Shown in pieces: positions 62,703-64,000 of a stretch of 64,000 nucleotides of DNA (position 1 is the first letter of the stretch; each line of letters starts with the position of its first letter). The notes under the pieces were generated by a model, which was not told the DNA's origin, made no database searches, and saw only the letters and a list, made by a program, of their open reading frames with translations. The position numbers were made by a program, and so were the translations under genes. The stretch spans positions 15,996,001-16,060,000 of the forward strand of contig NC_043007.1 in assembly GCF_006345805.1 (NCBI RefSeq), given 5' to 3'. This stretch comes from Octopus sinensis (lineage: Eukaryota).

Positions 62703-62870
62703 TAGGCGCAGGAGTGGCTGTGTGGTAAGTAGCTTGCTAACCAACCACATGGTTCCGGGTTCAGTCCCACTGCGTGGCATCTTGGGCAAGTGTCTTCTGC
62801 TATAGCCTCGGACCGACCAAGGCCTTGTGAGTGGATTTGGTGGACGGAAGCTGAAGGAAGCCTGTCGTAC

Positions 62871-62928
<58 letters not shown>

Positions 62929-63045
62929 TATATATATTTATATATATACTTTGATAAGTTTCGGCCATTATTGGCCCAGGCCATGTCTAACTTAATAGCA
63001 CCACCTGGTGAAGTCTTTCAAGTCAGAATTTGGGCACTATGGCCC

Positions 63046-63083
<38 letters not shown>

Positions 63084-63335
63084 TGTGTGTGTGTGTGTGT
63101 GTGTATGCGTGTGTATATGTTTGTGTGTCTGTGTTTGTCCCTCTAGCATTGCTTGGCAACCGATGCTGGTGTGTTTACGTCCCCGTCACTTAGCGGTTCG
63201 GCAAAAGAGACCGATAGGATAAGTACTGGGCTTACAAAAGAATAAGTCCTGGGTCGATTTGCTCGACTAAAGGCGGTGCTCCAGCATGGCCGCAGTCAAA
63301 ATGACTGAAACAAGTAAAAGAGTAAAGAGTATATA
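62703..63335 (+). mobile_element. SINE family A, interrupted within its internal (TA)n
   Basis: 5' half 62703-62870, about 100 bp of other sequence between TA tracts, 3' half 63120-63335. Confidence 0.75.
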
Positions 63336-63414
63336 ATGCCAATAGCAACTCATTCTGTTTCAATTTGTCATTCATTTTTAAAATTCCTAATGCTTCGAAT
63401 AATTCTTTTATCAG

Positions 63415-63621
63415 CTCCAATAAGTGCTCCACATGTCGCCGAAGTAGACACAACTCTAGGAGGTTATGATGTCCCCAAAAATACTGCTGTTTCGTTCATA
63501 TTAAAAGATGCTCTTCATGACCCAAACCATTGGGATAATCCGGAGGAATTTCGCCCCGAAAGATGGATTAACGAAAATAATGAGATAAAGAAAAAAGAGG
63601 CTTTTGTTCCTTTCTCATTGG
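63415..63621 (+). CDS. CYP2-like coding exon 7 (PERF-like motif; start of heme motif)
   Basis: DTTLGGYDVPKNT, PEEFRPERW, AFVPFSLG|gtaagt; the rest of FxxGxRxCxG must lie in an exon beyond the window. Confidence 0.93.
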
Positions 63622-63821
63622 GTAAGTAATATGTGATTCTAATGATAAAGCAGACTTGTGTGCAAAGATATCCAAGCTGTGACTACCCGAAATTTGGAGA
63701 GATCTCAATGGCTACATTATCTAATGTTCTCGTCATCTTAGGAGGTTGGGATGTAATCTTAAGGAAATTAGGCTATTACACGTATCAAATCGAACGCCTT
63801 ATAGAAGCTTCTTTGTTGGTT

Positions 63822-64000
63822 AGGTATGGCTGTGTGGTAAGAAGCTTGCTTCCCAACCACATGGCCCTGAGTTCAGTCTCACTGCATGGCACCTTGAGCA
63901 AGTGTCTTCCACTATAGACTCAGGCTGACCAAATCCTTGTGAGAGGATTTAGTAGACAGAAACCGAAAGAAGCCCATCATTTGTGTGTGTGTGTGTGTGG
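63822..64000 (+). mobile_element. SINE family A 5' part
   Basis: Family A head. Confidence 0.7.

Overview
AT-rich, repeat-dense animal genomic DNA. The SINE/LINE families and abundant (TA)n/(CA)n tracts point to an octopus (coleoid cephalopod) genome; that assignment is inference. Genic content: (i) a probable terminal coding exon of an upstream gene at 1420-1499 (+); (ii) an orphan 135-aa ORF at 26509-26916 (-) with a strong splice acceptor and a CRE/E-box/YY1-rich promoter-like region upstream; (iii) seven coding exons of a clan-2 (CYP2-like) cytochrome P450 at 50264-63621 (+), whose first intron needs a GC donor and whose heme-Cys exon lies beyond the window. The rest is mostly mobile DNA: three SINE families, RTE and CR1-like LINE 3' ends, decayed DD37D (maT) and mariner transposons, Merlin-, piggyBac- and hAT-like MITEs, and Penelope-like element (PLE) fragments. 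The most striking hidden layer is about a dozen minimal type-I hammerhead ribozyme (HHR) motifs read by eye. Some carry compensatory core variants (G3-C8, U3-A8) or unusual substitutions (U6, C4). Several sit in fold-back elements inserted in (TA)n tracts, and five lie on the sense strand of the CYP introns. No database searches or folding programs were run; all calls come from manual reading.
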